Shown: positions 1 through 9,816 of the stretch, piece by piece | Layout of the letters: each line of letters begins with the position of its first letter | Numbering within the stretch: position 1 is the first letter of the stretch | NCBI GenBank assembly: GCA_041398305.1 | Contig: JAWKUZ010000002.1 | Location: 231,237-295,236 of the forward strand | DNA: 64,000 bases | Source of the DNA: Hyphomonadaceae bacterium | Lineage (GTDB): Bacteria; Pseudomonadota; Alphaproteobacteria; Caulobacterales; Aquidulcibacteraceae | Direction: 5' to 3' | Program-made: the position numbers and the translations under genes | The notes under the pieces: generated by a model | Told to the model about the DNA's origin: nothing | Seen by the model: only the letters and a program-made list of their open reading frames with translations | The model's database searches: none

Positions 1-110
1 TCAACCTCCGCGCCCGCATCACGCAGCCAGCGCAATCGGCGCTCTGCCAGTTCGCCGCGTCCAATCAGCGCGATGCGCGTGCGCGCCGGGTCAAGATAGA
101 TCGGGATCAC
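1..110 (-). CDS. Precorrin-2 dehydrogenase/sirohydrochlorin ferrochelatase (CysG N-terminal/SirC-like), partial, runs off window
   Basis: GTG at 110 overlaps the upstream stop (GTGA); translation MIPIYLDPARTRIALIGRGELAERRLRWLRDAGAEV resembles the Rossmann start of siroheme synthase; not in ORF track. Confidence 0.7.
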   Translation of the reverse strand, partial: MIPIYLDPARTRIALIGRGELAERRLRWLRDAGAEV

Positions 111-847
111 GCGGCGGCCGATCGTGCGAGTGCGCCAGCCTGCGCCACCGCCTCGCCAATCACCATCAGCGCCGGCCCGTCACCCAACTGCGCCGCCAGC
201 TCCGGCAACTCCGAGAGCGTTCCGCGCACGATCCGTTCCGTGACGCGCGACGCGTTCTCCACCAACGCCACCGGACGCGATGCCGGCACGCCCCGGCTTA
301 CAAGCTGATCGCGCACACGCGCCGCTTCGACGGCGCCCATATAGACCAACGCTGTCTCGGCGTTCGCGGCAGCATCCGCCCAAGCATTGGATTGCACGCC
401 ATGCTTCGCCGTTGCGGGCGTCACGAACGTCACCGAGCGCGCAATGCCGCGCAACGTCAGCGAAGATCCAAGCGATGCAGCGGCGGCAAAGCCCGCACTC
501 ACGCCCGGAACGATGCTGACGGGCACGCCCGCGGCGCGGCACGCATCAAGCTCCTCTCCCGCCCGGCCAAACAGACTCGGATCACCGCCCTTGAGCCGCA
601 CAATCGTCCGATGACGGCCCGCAAGGCGCACCAGCAGCCGGCAGATGAAACGTTGATCCGTAGATGGCCTGCCCGCGCGCTTGCCGACGTTGTAGAGCTT
701 CGCCTTCTTCGCCAGCGCCAGCGCCTCTTCACCAACCAATGCATCGTACAGAACGACATCGGCTTCGCCCAACAAACGCGCGGCGCGCAACGTCAGCAAG
801 TCACCCGCTCCCGGCCCTGCGCCCACAAGATAAACCACGCCGGTCAT
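107..847 (-). CDS. cobA: Uroporphyrinogen-III C-methyltransferase
   Basis: VYLVGAGPG..DLLTLRA, RLKGGDP..FGR, VPGVS motifs. Confidence 0.93.
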   Translation of the reverse strand: MTGVVYLVGAGPGAGDLLTLRAARLLGEADVVLYDALVGEEALALAKKAKLYNVGKRAGRPSTDQRFICRLLVRLAGRHRTIVRLKGGDPSLFGRAGEELDACRAAGVPVSIVPGVSAGFAAAASLGSSLTLRGIARSVTFVTPATAKHGVQSNAWADAAANAETALVYMGAVEAARVRDQLVSRGVPASRPVALVENASRVTERIVRGTLSELPELAAQLGDGPALMVIGEAVAQAGALARSAAA

Positions 848-2094
848 TGCCTAGTCTCCCGTATCATCCCAGCCGCGCACGTTTGATTTGAGTCCGGATC
901 GAACAGCACAAACGCGCCGGTTGCGGGATTCTCGCTGTAGAGGTCAGCCAAGATTGGCTCTCGCGTGGTCACGCGCACACGCGCGATGTCATTCACCTGC
1001 AGGTCAGCACTCTCACGCTCGGAAAAATCTGAGATGTCGCGCACGAACTGTACTTGCGCGATCAGCGCTTGCGTTTCGAGCGAACCTTGGCGGAGCTGAT
1101 AGCGGCGGCCGACTGTCCAGGCATGGCCATCAAGCCAGCATAGATCCGCGACAACCTCTCGCGTGTAGCGCACCTCCGCATCAGCGATCACATCGCCAAT
1201 CGCGAGGTCACGATCGTCAGCAAGTTGTAGCCCCACAGACGCGCCCACCTCTGCGCTTGTTACAGGTCGCCCAGACTTCAGCACTGCCGTTACCCGCGAG
1301 GCAACGCCGATGCCGACGCTCACACTATCGCCTGCTCTGACCGCACCCGATTCAACGCGACCTGCGTAGATCCGCGTTTCGCCGTCACGGAGGATGGTCT
1401 GCACCGGTAGACGCAGTGCGCCATCGGCTCGCGCGCGGCTTGGGCGCACCGTTTCCAGCAGCTCAATCAGCGTCGGCCCGGCCCACCAGGGCGGATTGCC
1501 ACGACGCACGACATTGTCGCCATTTTTGGCCGAGATCGGCACGAAGCTGACGTGAGACAGACCCAAAACACCAGCTGCATCGCGGAAGGCGGCCCGTATG
1601 TCCTCGAAACGCTCCTCCGACCAGCCCGTCAGATCCATCTTGTTGACGGCGACGATGACGTTCAGACCCATGAGCGTGGCAATCGCTGCATGGCGGCGTG
1701 TCTGCGGCTTCAGCTCGCCTTCGAACCGCGAGGCATCGATCACCAACACCGCAACGTCTGACGTGCTCGCGGCCGTCACCATGTTGCGTGTGTACTGCTC
1801 ATGCCCCGGCGCATCGGCGATCACAAAGCTCGCTGCCCGGGTGGCGAAGTAGCGATAAGCGACATCGATGGTGATGCCCTGAGCTTGTTCGGCCTCCAGG
1901 CCGTCGGTCAGCGCGGCGAGGTCAAGGTCATCGCCCTCGCCGAGCGTTGCCGCTTGGTCTCGCCGCAGCGCGTCAGCATCGAGAAGCAATCGCCCGATAA
2001 GCGTCGACTTCCCGTCGTCAACGCTTCCGGCGGTGGTGAAGCGAATTTGCTCACCACTCCAAGGCGCCCAGGACTGACCCGCCGCGCCGTCCAT
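844..2094 (-). CDS. cysN: Sulfate adenylyltransferase subunit 1 (GTPase), no APS kinase domain
   Basis: AGSVDDGKSTLIGRLL, GITIDVAYRYF, DAPGHEQYTRNMVT, NKMD. Confidence 0.95.
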   Translation of the reverse strand: MDGAAGQSWAPWSGEQIRFTTAGSVDDGKSTLIGRLLLDADALRRDQAATLGEGDDLDLAALTDGLEAEQAQGITIDVAYRYFATRAASFVIADAPGHEQYTRNMVTAASTSDVAVLVIDASRFEGELKPQTRRHAAIATLMGLNVIVAVNKMDLTGWSEERFEDIRAAFRDAAGVLGLSHVSFVPISAKNGDNVVRRGNPPWWAGPTLIELLETVRPSRARADGALRLPVQTILRDGETRIYAGRVESGAVRAGDSVSVGIGVASRVTAVLKSGRPVTSAEVGASVGLQLADDRDLAIGDVIADAEVRYTREVVADLCWLDGHAWTVGRRYQLRQGSLETQALIAQVQFVRDISDFSERESADLQVNDIARVRVTTREPILADLYSENPATGAFVLFDPDSNQTCAAGMIRETRQ

Positions 2095-3011
2095 CAGAAA
2101 TAGCCTTCGAGCTTACGGCGTTCCATGGCGGCGCGATTGACGCGATCGTCCATCCGCGTCGCGCCGCGCTCCGATGCTGTCGCGGTTATCGTCTCCAAGA
2201 GCACCTGTTCAGCGTCGGCGGCAAAGCTCTCCACCGGGCAGGTGCAACTGATGTCGCCGACGGTGCGGAAGCGCACGTTCAAACACTCGACCATATCACC
2301 CTCGCCCGCCGGCGTGATCGGCGTAACCGGAAACAGCAGCCCGTCGCGGCGCACCACATCTCGCTTGTGCGTGTAGTAGAGTGAGGGTAGCGGAATGTCT
2401 TCGCGTGCGATGTAGGCCCACACGTCTGCTTCCGTCCAGTTCGAGAGCGGAAACACGCGCATGTGTTCGCCGGGCGCAATGCGTCGGTTATAGAGTCCCC
2501 ACAACTCCGGCCGCTGCGCTCGCGGGCGCCATGATCCAAATGCGTCCCGATGCGAGAATACACGCTCTTTCGCCCGCGCCTTATCTTCATCCCGGCGCGC
2601 GCCGCCGATCAGCGCGTCAAACCTCAGTTCCTGTTGCGCTTCCAACAGCGTCACTGCCTGCGCCGCATTGCGGCTAGCGCCATTAGCCAGCTGCACACTA
2701 CCACGCGCGATCGAGTCCTCCACCTTGCGCACTATCAATTCAAGACCGGTGTCACGGGCACGCTGATCGCGGTAGTCGATGACATCCGCGTAGTTGTGAC
2801 CCGTATCGATGTGCAGCAGCACGAACGGCGGCCTCTGTGGCGCGAACGCCCTCAAAGCCAAGTCGAGCAGCACAGCGGAATCTTTTCCGCCAGAGAACAT
2901 CAGCGCCGGCCGCTCAAACACCACCAGCTCACGCAGAATATAGACGGCCTCGGCTTCAAGCCGATCCAATCGCGACGCCTGCGCCACTGCCTCAGTCGCG
3001 CCCTCGCTCAC
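2094..3011 (-). CDS. cysD: Sulfate adenylyltransferase subunit 2
   Basis: FSGGKDS, GGARRDEDKARAKERVFS, RFRTVGD, C-terminal EGYF; start moved to GTG 3011, which overlaps the upstream stop. Confidence 0.95.
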   Translation of the reverse strand: MSEGATEAVAQASRLDRLEAEAVYILRELVVFERPALMFSGGKDSAVLLDLALRAFAPQRPPFVLLHIDTGHNYADVIDYRDQRARDTGLELIVRKVEDSIARGSVQLANGASRNAAQAVTLLEAQQELRFDALIGGARRDEDKARAKERVFSHRDAFGSWRPRAQRPELWGLYNRRIAPGEHMRVFPLSNWTEADVWAYIAREDIPLPSLYYTHKRDVVRRDGLLFPVTPITPAGEGDMVECLNVRFRTVGDISCTCPVESFAADAEQVLLETITATASERGATRMDDRVNRAAMERRKLEGYF

Positions 3012-4255
3012 AGCGTCGTCGTACTTGTATGCAGCCCGCATTCTTTGCCGTCCCGATTTTCCCACCACCACCGGCCCGCCCGCGGATCCTCTCCGGGACG
3101 CACCGCCTTGGTGCAGGGTTCACATCCAATGGAAACATAGCCGCGCGCGTAGAGCGCATTGAGCGGCACATCGAACTCCGCCGCATAATCGAGCACATCG
3201 GCCCAATTCCACGCAGCGAGCGGATTGTACTTGGCGATGCCACGCTCCGAATCTTGCTCGCGCTCGTGTAGCGCCGTGCGACTTGCCGCCTGCTCGCGCC
3301 GTTGACCTGTGAGCCACGCATCGCGTTGTTCCAGCGCCAGCGAGAGCGGCAGCACTTTGCGGATCGAGCAGCAGAGCTTGCGCTGCGCCACGCCATCGTA
3401 AAAGCCATCCTGCCCATGCGCCGCAACATAGGTCGCGACCTCAGCTGGATCAGGCCGAAAGACTTCGATCTCCAAGCCATAGCGCCGCCGAACGTCGTCG
3501 ATCAGCGCCAAGGTCTCCGCGTGCAGACGGCCAGTATCGAGCGTGAACACCTTGATCGGCAGCTTCAGCCGGGCGATCACATCAGTAATCACCATATCCT
3601 CGGCTGAAAGCGACGACGCGAACGCTACGTTATCATGCTGCACGGCGATGGCGCTTAGCGACCGCTCAAGCAGAAAAATGCGCGCGGTCCGCTCCGCCGT
3701 TTCGGGCTCTTCCAACACACCAGCGCCCTGTGTGGTCGAGGGATAGACCACGGAGAATGTCCGCAACGCCGCCAGCGCCACCGCCGGGTCCTGATCTGCC
3801 CGCAATTCAAACGAGTCGAAACCGACACGCGCCAACGCGAACACCTGATCCGCTGTCACTGCGCCCACAGCGCGAAGCGCACCGCGATACCCGAGCCGCT
3901 GGCGTAACAGGGAGGCTGTCGAATAGCCGCGACCGTCATTCAATTTCGGGAAATCGACGGCGATCAAGCCGGCAGCGCCCAACGTGCCCGCCAGTCTCAC
4001 GGGATCATCGTTGCTCCGAAGCAGCACGCCGCCGCCGTCGCGGGGGGCTTCGATCCAATCCGCGAGGCTGATTAGTTGACCACCCTCCCAACTCGTCACG
4101 CTGGGTTCAGGAAACTTCACCACCGGCACGATGTTCTTACGAACGTCGCCGTGGCCGTCATTGGCGGGCTTGCGCGGTGTCGGCGCCGCGCGCGTGGGCG
4201 CCTCGCCAACCACGTGCGCACGCCGCTGCTCATCCAGTTGAAGAACGATGCTCAT
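3008..4255 (-). CDS. cysH: DUF934 domain fused to Fe-S APS reductase (CysH)
   Basis: N-half IAVDFPK..DGRGYS.A.LLR.R.GY.G.LRAVG...GFDSF (DUF934); C-half DTGRLH, CC..RK, SIGCEPCT, ECGLH. Confidence 0.88.
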   Translation of the reverse strand: MSIVLQLDEQRRAHVVGEAPTRAAPTPRKPANDGHGDVRKNIVPVVKFPEPSVTSWEGGQLISLADWIEAPRDGGGVLLRSNDDPVRLAGTLGAAGLIAVDFPKLNDGRGYSTASLLRQRLGYRGALRAVGAVTADQVFALARVGFDSFELRADQDPAVALAALRTFSVVYPSTTQGAGVLEEPETAERTARIFLLERSLSAIAVQHDNVAFASSLSAEDMVITDVIARLKLPIKVFTLDTGRLHAETLALIDDVRRRYGLEIEVFRPDPAEVATYVAAHGQDGFYDGVAQRKLCCSIRKVLPLSLALEQRDAWLTGQRREQAASRTALHEREQDSERGIAKYNPLAAWNWADVLDYAAEFDVPLNALYARGYVSIGCEPCTKAVRPGEDPRAGRWWWENRDGKECGLHTSTTTL

Positions 4256-5898
4256 GCGGGCAGCGCCTCCAGCGCCTTCAGAGCCGCTTTGAACGCTTCG
4301 GCGCCCAGCCGCTCAACGGTCTCGATGAACAATTCCTTCGGCTTGCGTGCGCTCAGGTAGAAGCGCGCCAATCTGTCGATGATCTCCGGCACTTCCTCAG
4401 CGCGCACAGCCTTGCCGATGAGCACGCCCAGCCGGCCGCCATCATCTGCGCGGCCACCGAGCAGCACCTGAAACCAATCTTCGCCACCCTTCTCCACACC
4501 GAGCACGCCGATGTGACCGACATGGTGATGCGCGCAGGCATTGATGCAGCCGGACACTTTTATCGCGATCGGACCGAGATCGTCTTCAATCGGCGCTAGC
4601 CGCTCAGCAATTGCCGCCGTTAGCGGAATGGAGCGCGCGTTGGCGAGCGAGCAGAAATCGCCGCCGGGGCAGCAGATGATATCCGACGCCATTTCGATAT
4701 TGGCGCGCGCAAGGTTCAGCGCCTGCAGCTCGCGCCACAGCGCATGAAGATCAGCCTGCGCCACATAAGGGAGAACCAGATTTTGCTTATGCGTGACGCG
4801 GATCTCGCCGAAGCTGTAGCGGTCGGCGAGCGCTGCGAGCGCGTCCATCTCGTCGGCGGTCGCATCACCCGGCGCGATACCTTCGCGCTTTAGACTGATC
4901 ACTACCGCCGCATAGGCCGGCAGACGATGCGCAACGACATTGCGCGCCTTCCAACGTCGAAACTCGACATCACGGACAACCGGAGCTGGCCCTGCGTCTG
5001 CCTTCAGCGCCGGGTCCACAAAGTGCTTGGCAACGCGCGAAAGAGCAGCTTCCGTCAGCGTGTTGGGACCATTGCGCAGGTGCTCCCATTCCGCGTCGAC
5101 CTCGCGCGCGAACACCTCGGCACCCAAAGTCTCGACCTGAATCTTGATGCGCGCCTTGAAGATGTGGTCGCGGCGGCCAAAGCGATTGTAGGTGCGGAGC
5201 ACCGCTTCGCTGTAGGTCAGCAGCTCACTCCAATGGAGGTCGCGCTTGATGATCGAGGCGATGCGCGGCGTACGTCCTTGCCCTCCGCCGACCTTCACGA
5301 CCGCGCGCACTTCGCCCGCGTCGTCGCGATAGAGATCGAAGGCAAGATCATGGACCGATGTCGCGGCGCGGTCTTCCTTAGCTCCACTGAACGCGACCTT
5401 GAACTTGCGTGGCAGGTGCGCGAACTCAGGGTGTAGGGTCGACCACTGCCGCATTAGCTCTGTGAACGGACGAGGATCGACAATCTCATCGCGCGCGACA
5501 CCAGCGAAAGCGTCGGTCGTTACGTTGCGAACGCAGCTTCCGCTGGTCTGGATCGCGTGCATGCCGATCTCGGCAAGCTCGCCGAGTATGTCTGGCACCT
5601 CTTCGACCTTCACCCAATTGAACTGAATGTTCTGGCGGGTGGTGAAATGGCCATAGCCACGGTCGTAACGGCGGGAGATTGCTGCGAGCGCGCGCAACTG
5701 ATCTGAGGAGAGCACCCCATAAGGAATGGCGATGCGCAACATCGGCGCGTAGCGCTGGATGTACAGCCCGTTTTGCAGGCGCAGCGGCTTAAAGGCGTCC
5801 TCGTCCAGTTCACCCGACAGATAACGCCGCGTTTGGTCGCGATACTGAGCGACTCTTTCCTGAACAACTAGTCGGTCGACGGCTGTGTATTGGTACAC
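4252..5898 (-). CDS. cysI: Ferredoxin-type sulfite/nitrite reductase hemoprotein
   Basis: MYQY..., RLQNGLY, TTRQNIQF, LPRKFK, CPGGDFC and GCINAC siroheme/4Fe-4S cysteines. Confidence 0.92.
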   Translation of the reverse strand: MYQYTAVDRLVVQERVAQYRDQTRRYLSGELDEDAFKPLRLQNGLYIQRYAPMLRIAIPYGVLSSDQLRALAAISRRYDRGYGHFTTRQNIQFNWVKVEEVPDILGELAEIGMHAIQTSGSCVRNVTTDAFAGVARDEIVDPRPFTELMRQWSTLHPEFAHLPRKFKVAFSGAKEDRAATSVHDLAFDLYRDDAGEVRAVVKVGGGQGRTPRIASIIKRDLHWSELLTYSEAVLRTYNRFGRRDHIFKARIKIQVETLGAEVFAREVDAEWEHLRNGPNTLTEAALSRVAKHFVDPALKADAGPAPVVRDVEFRRWKARNVVAHRLPAYAAVVISLKREGIAPGDATADEMDALAALADRYSFGEIRVTHKQNLVLPYVAQADLHALWRELQALNLARANIEMASDIICCPGGDFCSLANARSIPLTAAIAERLAPIEDDLGPIAIKVSGCINACAHHHVGHIGVLGVEKGGEDWFQVLLGGRADDGGRLGVLIGKAVRAEEVPEIIDRLARFYLSARKPKELFIETVERLGAEAFKAALKALEALPA

Positions 5899-5986
5899 GG
5901 GAAGGCGGCGCGCTCGTTTGAAACTTGAGCTGCCAATGTGCGCACCAGTCAGAGAGTGTGAAAGGCAGCCGCCCTAAAGCGAAGCT

Positions 5987-6904
5987 TTAGCCCTGCTCGC
6001 TCGACGCCGCCTCGGCCCGAAGCCAGCTCAGGAAGTCAGACTGGCTAGGCTCGAACCGCCGCCCCCTCGGCCAGACCAGCCAGTAGGCAAAGCCGACAGG
6101 GGCATCGTTCTCGTCCATCGGTGCTACGAGACGCCCTGCTGCAATATCGCCCAATGCGAGCTGGCGCTTCGCGAGCGCCAAGCCCTTGCCGGCGATTGCC
6201 GCCTCAATGGCGAGGCTCGATTGATTGAAGCGGAAGCCGCGCTCAGCATCCTTGTGACGTTGACCACGCGCCGCAAACCACATCGCCCACGTCGGGCAGG
6301 ATGGGTCGCGCTCCGGCGCCTCGTCATGGATCAGGGGCGCCGCCGTGAGGTCCGCTGCGGTTTTCAGCGTGCCGAACGACTCGATCAGCTTTGGACTGCA
6401 GACAACAACAACTGACTCCGACATCAGCCGCTCGCAATGCAGAGACTCATAACCACCCGGCCCATAGCGAATGGCCAAATCCAAATCGGATCCCGCGAAA
6501 TCGATCAGCGACATGTCAGCGGATATCCTCACCTCCACATCGGGATGCGTTTCCTGAAAGGAAAAGAGCCTCGGAATGAGCCATTTTGCCGCGAAAGACG
6601 GCGCCGTCGAAATTGAGATTCGCCGCCCGCGCAGTGATTGGCGCATAGCACGGCCGGCTTGCAGCATCTCAGCCAGCGCTGCACCCGCGTGCCCCAACGC
6701 GGCCTGCCCAGCGAGCGTCAGTTCAACACCGCGGCCGAGACGCTTGAAGAGCGGTTGACCCGCGAAATCTTCGAGTATGCGAATGTGTTGGCTAACGGCT
6801 CCAGCGGTGATGCCGAGTTCTTCCGCCGCGCGCGCAAAACTTCCAAAGCGTGCAGCCGCCTCGAAGACCTGCAGACTCAGAAAGGGAGGCAGCCCCTCCT
6901 TCAC
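5987..6904 (-). CDS. LysR-family regulator (GcvA-like)
   Basis: LQVFEAAAR.GSF..AAEEL..T.GAVSQHIR HTH, DLAIRYG; probable GTG start 6904. Confidence 0.88.
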   Translation of the reverse strand: MKEGLPPFLSLQVFEAAARFGSFARAAEELGITAGAVSQHIRILEDFAGQPLFKRLGRGVELTLAGQAALGHAGAALAEMLQAGRAMRQSLRGRRISISTAPSFAAKWLIPRLFSFQETHPDVEVRISADMSLIDFAGSDLDLAIRYGPGGYESLHCERLMSESVVVVCSPKLIESFGTLKTAADLTAAPLIHDEAPERDPSCPTWAMWFAARGQRHKDAERGFRFNQSSLAIEAAIAGKGLALAKRQLALGDIAAGRLVAPMDENDAPVGFAYWLVWPRGRRFEPSQSDFLSWLRAEAASSEQG

Positions 6905-7151
6905 GCTACGCCGCTTGCAATCATTTCGGTCACACTCCGCACAACACGCTAACACCAGCTTGTGTCGCACGCCCGCACATGAGCTTCGGTATGGCCGGAC
7001 GAGCGTTCAAGCACCAAGGCCGAAATTAGTGGTGCGAAGGCTAGACACACATCGCCGCAGAACCGGGTGAACCACCGAAGTCAGCATGTTGATTTTATTG
7101 TCTTATTGTGGACTGCGTACGCACTTGCCGACGGCAGCGTCTGTGATCGCC

Positions 7152-7919
7152 TCAATCATTGTCGTGCTCAATCCTAAGCAAGGCGCCGCACGCTTTGCAG
7201 TGGACGGCGTCCGGCTCGTGCCGCTGAAGTCCGCATGCCTCGCACGGAAAGCGCACCTTGTTCGGTCGCATAGCGACTTGCACGAGGCGGAAGAACAGCG
7301 ACACGCCGCCGATCATGATGAGGATGGAGAGACCCCTGCCCCACGGGCCGGGCAAGACAATGTCGCCGAAGCCGGTCGTCGTGAGCGCGGTGACCGTGAA
7401 GTACAACGAGTCGATATAGGAGGTTAGCGCCGGCACGCGGGCGGCGAATCCAGTGTGCACAAGCGAGGCCATCATGAAGACGAAGACGCCGAGATTTGCG
7501 CCAGCCTTGACCGTGTCTGAGAAAGATGTGTTTTGCCAGCGTCCGCCGGCGAGGACCCGCCAGAAAGCGACGCCGTGGATGAGGGAGAACGCACGCAGCA
7601 CTCGCAGAAATCCAAGATTGGCGGCGTAGGTCGGCACGACAAATGAGGCGAACACCGCGAAGTCGGCCCATACCAATGGCCGCTTGATCCAGGATCGGAA
7701 ATCGCCGAAGGCCCACGCCCGCGCGGCAAGATCGAGCCCAAGCACCAGCGCGATCAAATAGTCTGCAATGAGATACCCGACGCCGTGCGCAATGAACGGC
7801 GACGCCACGAAGAAACCAATGATCAGAATATCGAAGATCAGCCACAGCGCTTGGAAACGCACAGCACTGCGCGTGTCGCCAAAGTAGAGTTCATTCAGTC
7901 TAGCGCGGCTCAAGTTCAT
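7152..7919 (-). CDS. Potassium channel family protein with C-terminal Zn-ribbon
   Basis: TTTGFGD filter, S4-like FLRVLRAF, CEACG...HCKACG. Confidence 0.85.
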   Translation of the reverse strand: MNLSRARLNELYFGDTRSAVRFQALWLIFDILIIGFFVASPFIAHGVGYLIADYLIALVLGLDLAARAWAFGDFRSWIKRPLVWADFAVFASFVVPTYAANLGFLRVLRAFSLIHGVAFWRVLAGGRWQNTSFSDTVKAGANLGVFVFMMASLVHTGFAARVPALTSYIDSLYFTVTALTTTGFGDIVLPGPWGRGLSILIMIGGVSLFFRLVQVAMRPNKVRFPCEACGLQRHEPDAVHCKACGALLRIEHDND

Positions 7920-9544
7920 TGCTCACCACCGCCTCGTCCGGCCTCAAAGGGTAAAATATCCGCCGAGCGAACGCGCGCAGCGCCCTGGGTGGCGAGACTT
8001 CGGGAGGTCGACGCGTTGGCGATGCGCGTCCGGGCGCGAACGTCTTGCAGAGCACCCGCAACAACCGAGGCCCGCGCCTCAGCGAGGATTCTGGACGTTC
8101 GAGTCGCGCCCGTTGATGTGCCGGATAGGCCTTCAACCACGACCTCGCTGACGCCCCACCGCGACAATGCCCAGCGCGCCGCAATGATTTGTTCGCCTTG
8201 GGCATAGTCGATGCTTGCGGCGCCGTCGTCGAACAAGATGGGGATGCGCTCGACGTACGGTGGAATGATCTGAACGGCCCAGCCGAAGCCGAGTTGATTG
8301 AGGCGTGTTTCCTCAAGTCTGTACTGGCTGAGGCTCCACCCTTCCATCGGCGCGACAAGAAGTTTCACCGTGCGCGACGAGGGGTCATCCCAGCTATCCA
8401 GCACCCGCGCGCGCGCGACCGAGACGAGACCTTCGACCGGCGCCTGCACTGAGGTCAAACCAACGCGGCCTTCTTGGCTCAGAGCTGCTTCAACAATGGC
8501 TTGGGTTCGTGCGGCAGGATCTGTTGCCACGATCTGATGCAGCGCCACCTCGGCCGGAGCATGGAAGCGCTCCACCAGGAAGGCGCGCAGATCGTCCTCC
8601 GCGCTATCGATATAGGTAGGCGTCACCACCGTCGCGGAAACGCGCGGCGGAGAGAGGTTGGGCCAACTGACGCTGAGCTGAGCGATCTGCGAAGGATCAA
8701 CGTCTAACAGACGCACGACTTCGCGGCGCACCGCCTGGGTCGCAATGGCCTCTTGCGTCACCCGGCGCAGTGTCAACGTCAGAGGTGTGGCCAGCACCAG
8801 GAACGCAACCACGCCAAGCGCCACGTGGATGCGATTGAACTCGACATGCGCGAGCGGCCGCGCGACACCACGCAGCCGGGCAACCAGCGCAAACGAAAAT
8901 GCGATCGCTGCCAAGTTCGTAAGAAAAAGCAGCAGCGCGCCCATGGCAAAGTCAAATCGGGCAACGGCAATGCTGTAGCCCAGAGTCGCCAATGGCGGCA
9001 TGAGCGCCGTCGCGATCGCAACGCCAATCGCAGTCTCGCCACGCCGATGCACAGTCGCATAACCGCCAGCCATGCCGGAAAGCACAGCCACCGCAAGATC
9101 GAGCAGCGTCGGCGCCGTGCGCGCGATGATTTCGGGTGTCGCATTGCGAATGGGGCTAAGCCACGTGAGCGCCATCCCAATAGCGACGCCGACGCCCGCA
9201 CCGACAAGTAGAACACGCGCGGCAGCTTGCGCGCGGCGTCCATCCAGTGACGCGAAGGCAAAGCCGAGACTCGCGATCGGCGACATCAGCGGAGAGACGA
9301 GCATCGCGCCGATCACGACCGCGCTCGACCCCTGCAATAGCCCCAGTGTCGCGATGCCCGCCGACAGCGCGCACATGAGCACGTAACGTTCTGTTAGCTT
9401 TCCGTCCTCTTCGACCTGGCGGCGAACTTCCTTGGCTTCTTCCGCTGGCAACCGGCGCAAAAGCAATCGCCTGGCGCGCGCGAGCCAATAGTCGAGCTGG
9501 CGGCCAAGACTTGGTGTGGGAGCGGGGGGCGGATCAGACGGCAC
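7916..9544 (-). CDS. DUF389 membrane protein with C-terminal OmpA-like region
   Basis: S.AVVIGAMLVSPLM.PI, GVAIATALMPPL, LLFLTNL motifs; tail ILFDDGAA...VVVEG...LAEARA. Confidence 0.8.
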   Translation of the reverse strand: MPSDPPPAPTPSLGRQLDYWLARARRLLLRRLPAEEAKEVRRQVEEDGKLTERYVLMCALSAGIATLGLLQGSSAVVIGAMLVSPLMSPIASLGFAFASLDGRRAQAAARVLLVGAGVGVAIGMALTWLSPIRNATPEIIARTAPTLLDLAVAVLSGMAGGYATVHRRGETAIGVAIATALMPPLATLGYSIAVARFDFAMGALLLFLTNLAAIAFSFALVARLRGVARPLAHVEFNRIHVALGVVAFLVLATPLTLTLRRVTQEAIATQAVRREVVRLLDVDPSQIAQLSVSWPNLSPPRVSATVVTPTYIDSAEDDLRAFLVERFHAPAEVALHQIVATDPAARTQAIVEAALSQEGRVGLTSVQAPVEGLVSVARARVLDSWDDPSSRTVKLLVAPMEGWSLSQYRLEETRLNQLGFGWAVQIIPPYVERIPILFDDGAASIDYAQGEQIIAARWALSRWGVSEVVVEGLSGTSTGATRTSRILAEARASVVAGALQDVRARTRIANASTSRSLATQGAARVRSADILPFEAGRGGGEQ

Positions 9545-9816
9545 AAGTTTCTGAGTGTTTACCTTCCCGCACCCTAACAGCTAATCGTTAGCGGACATCC
9601 CGGCTCTCCCATCGCCATGCATCAGCGCGGCAATGAAGCGAAAATACACCTATATTCGCGGCGTCAACGCGGTGGAGGGCCGCCGTTGACCGACACCCGA
9701 CGCCAAGGCAGCGTAAGAAATCTGCGCGATCGACGCTTCGACCTCTATCGCACGGTCTGGCAAAACGACTCGGAACGTTAGAAACCTGAACACTATCGAG
9801 AAGATGAGGAACGTGC

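Noticed and set aside
7030-7150. Second att site delimiting a larger island
   Set aside because: AT-rich junction-like patch but no match to the tRNA-Ser or tRNA-Leu 3' ends.
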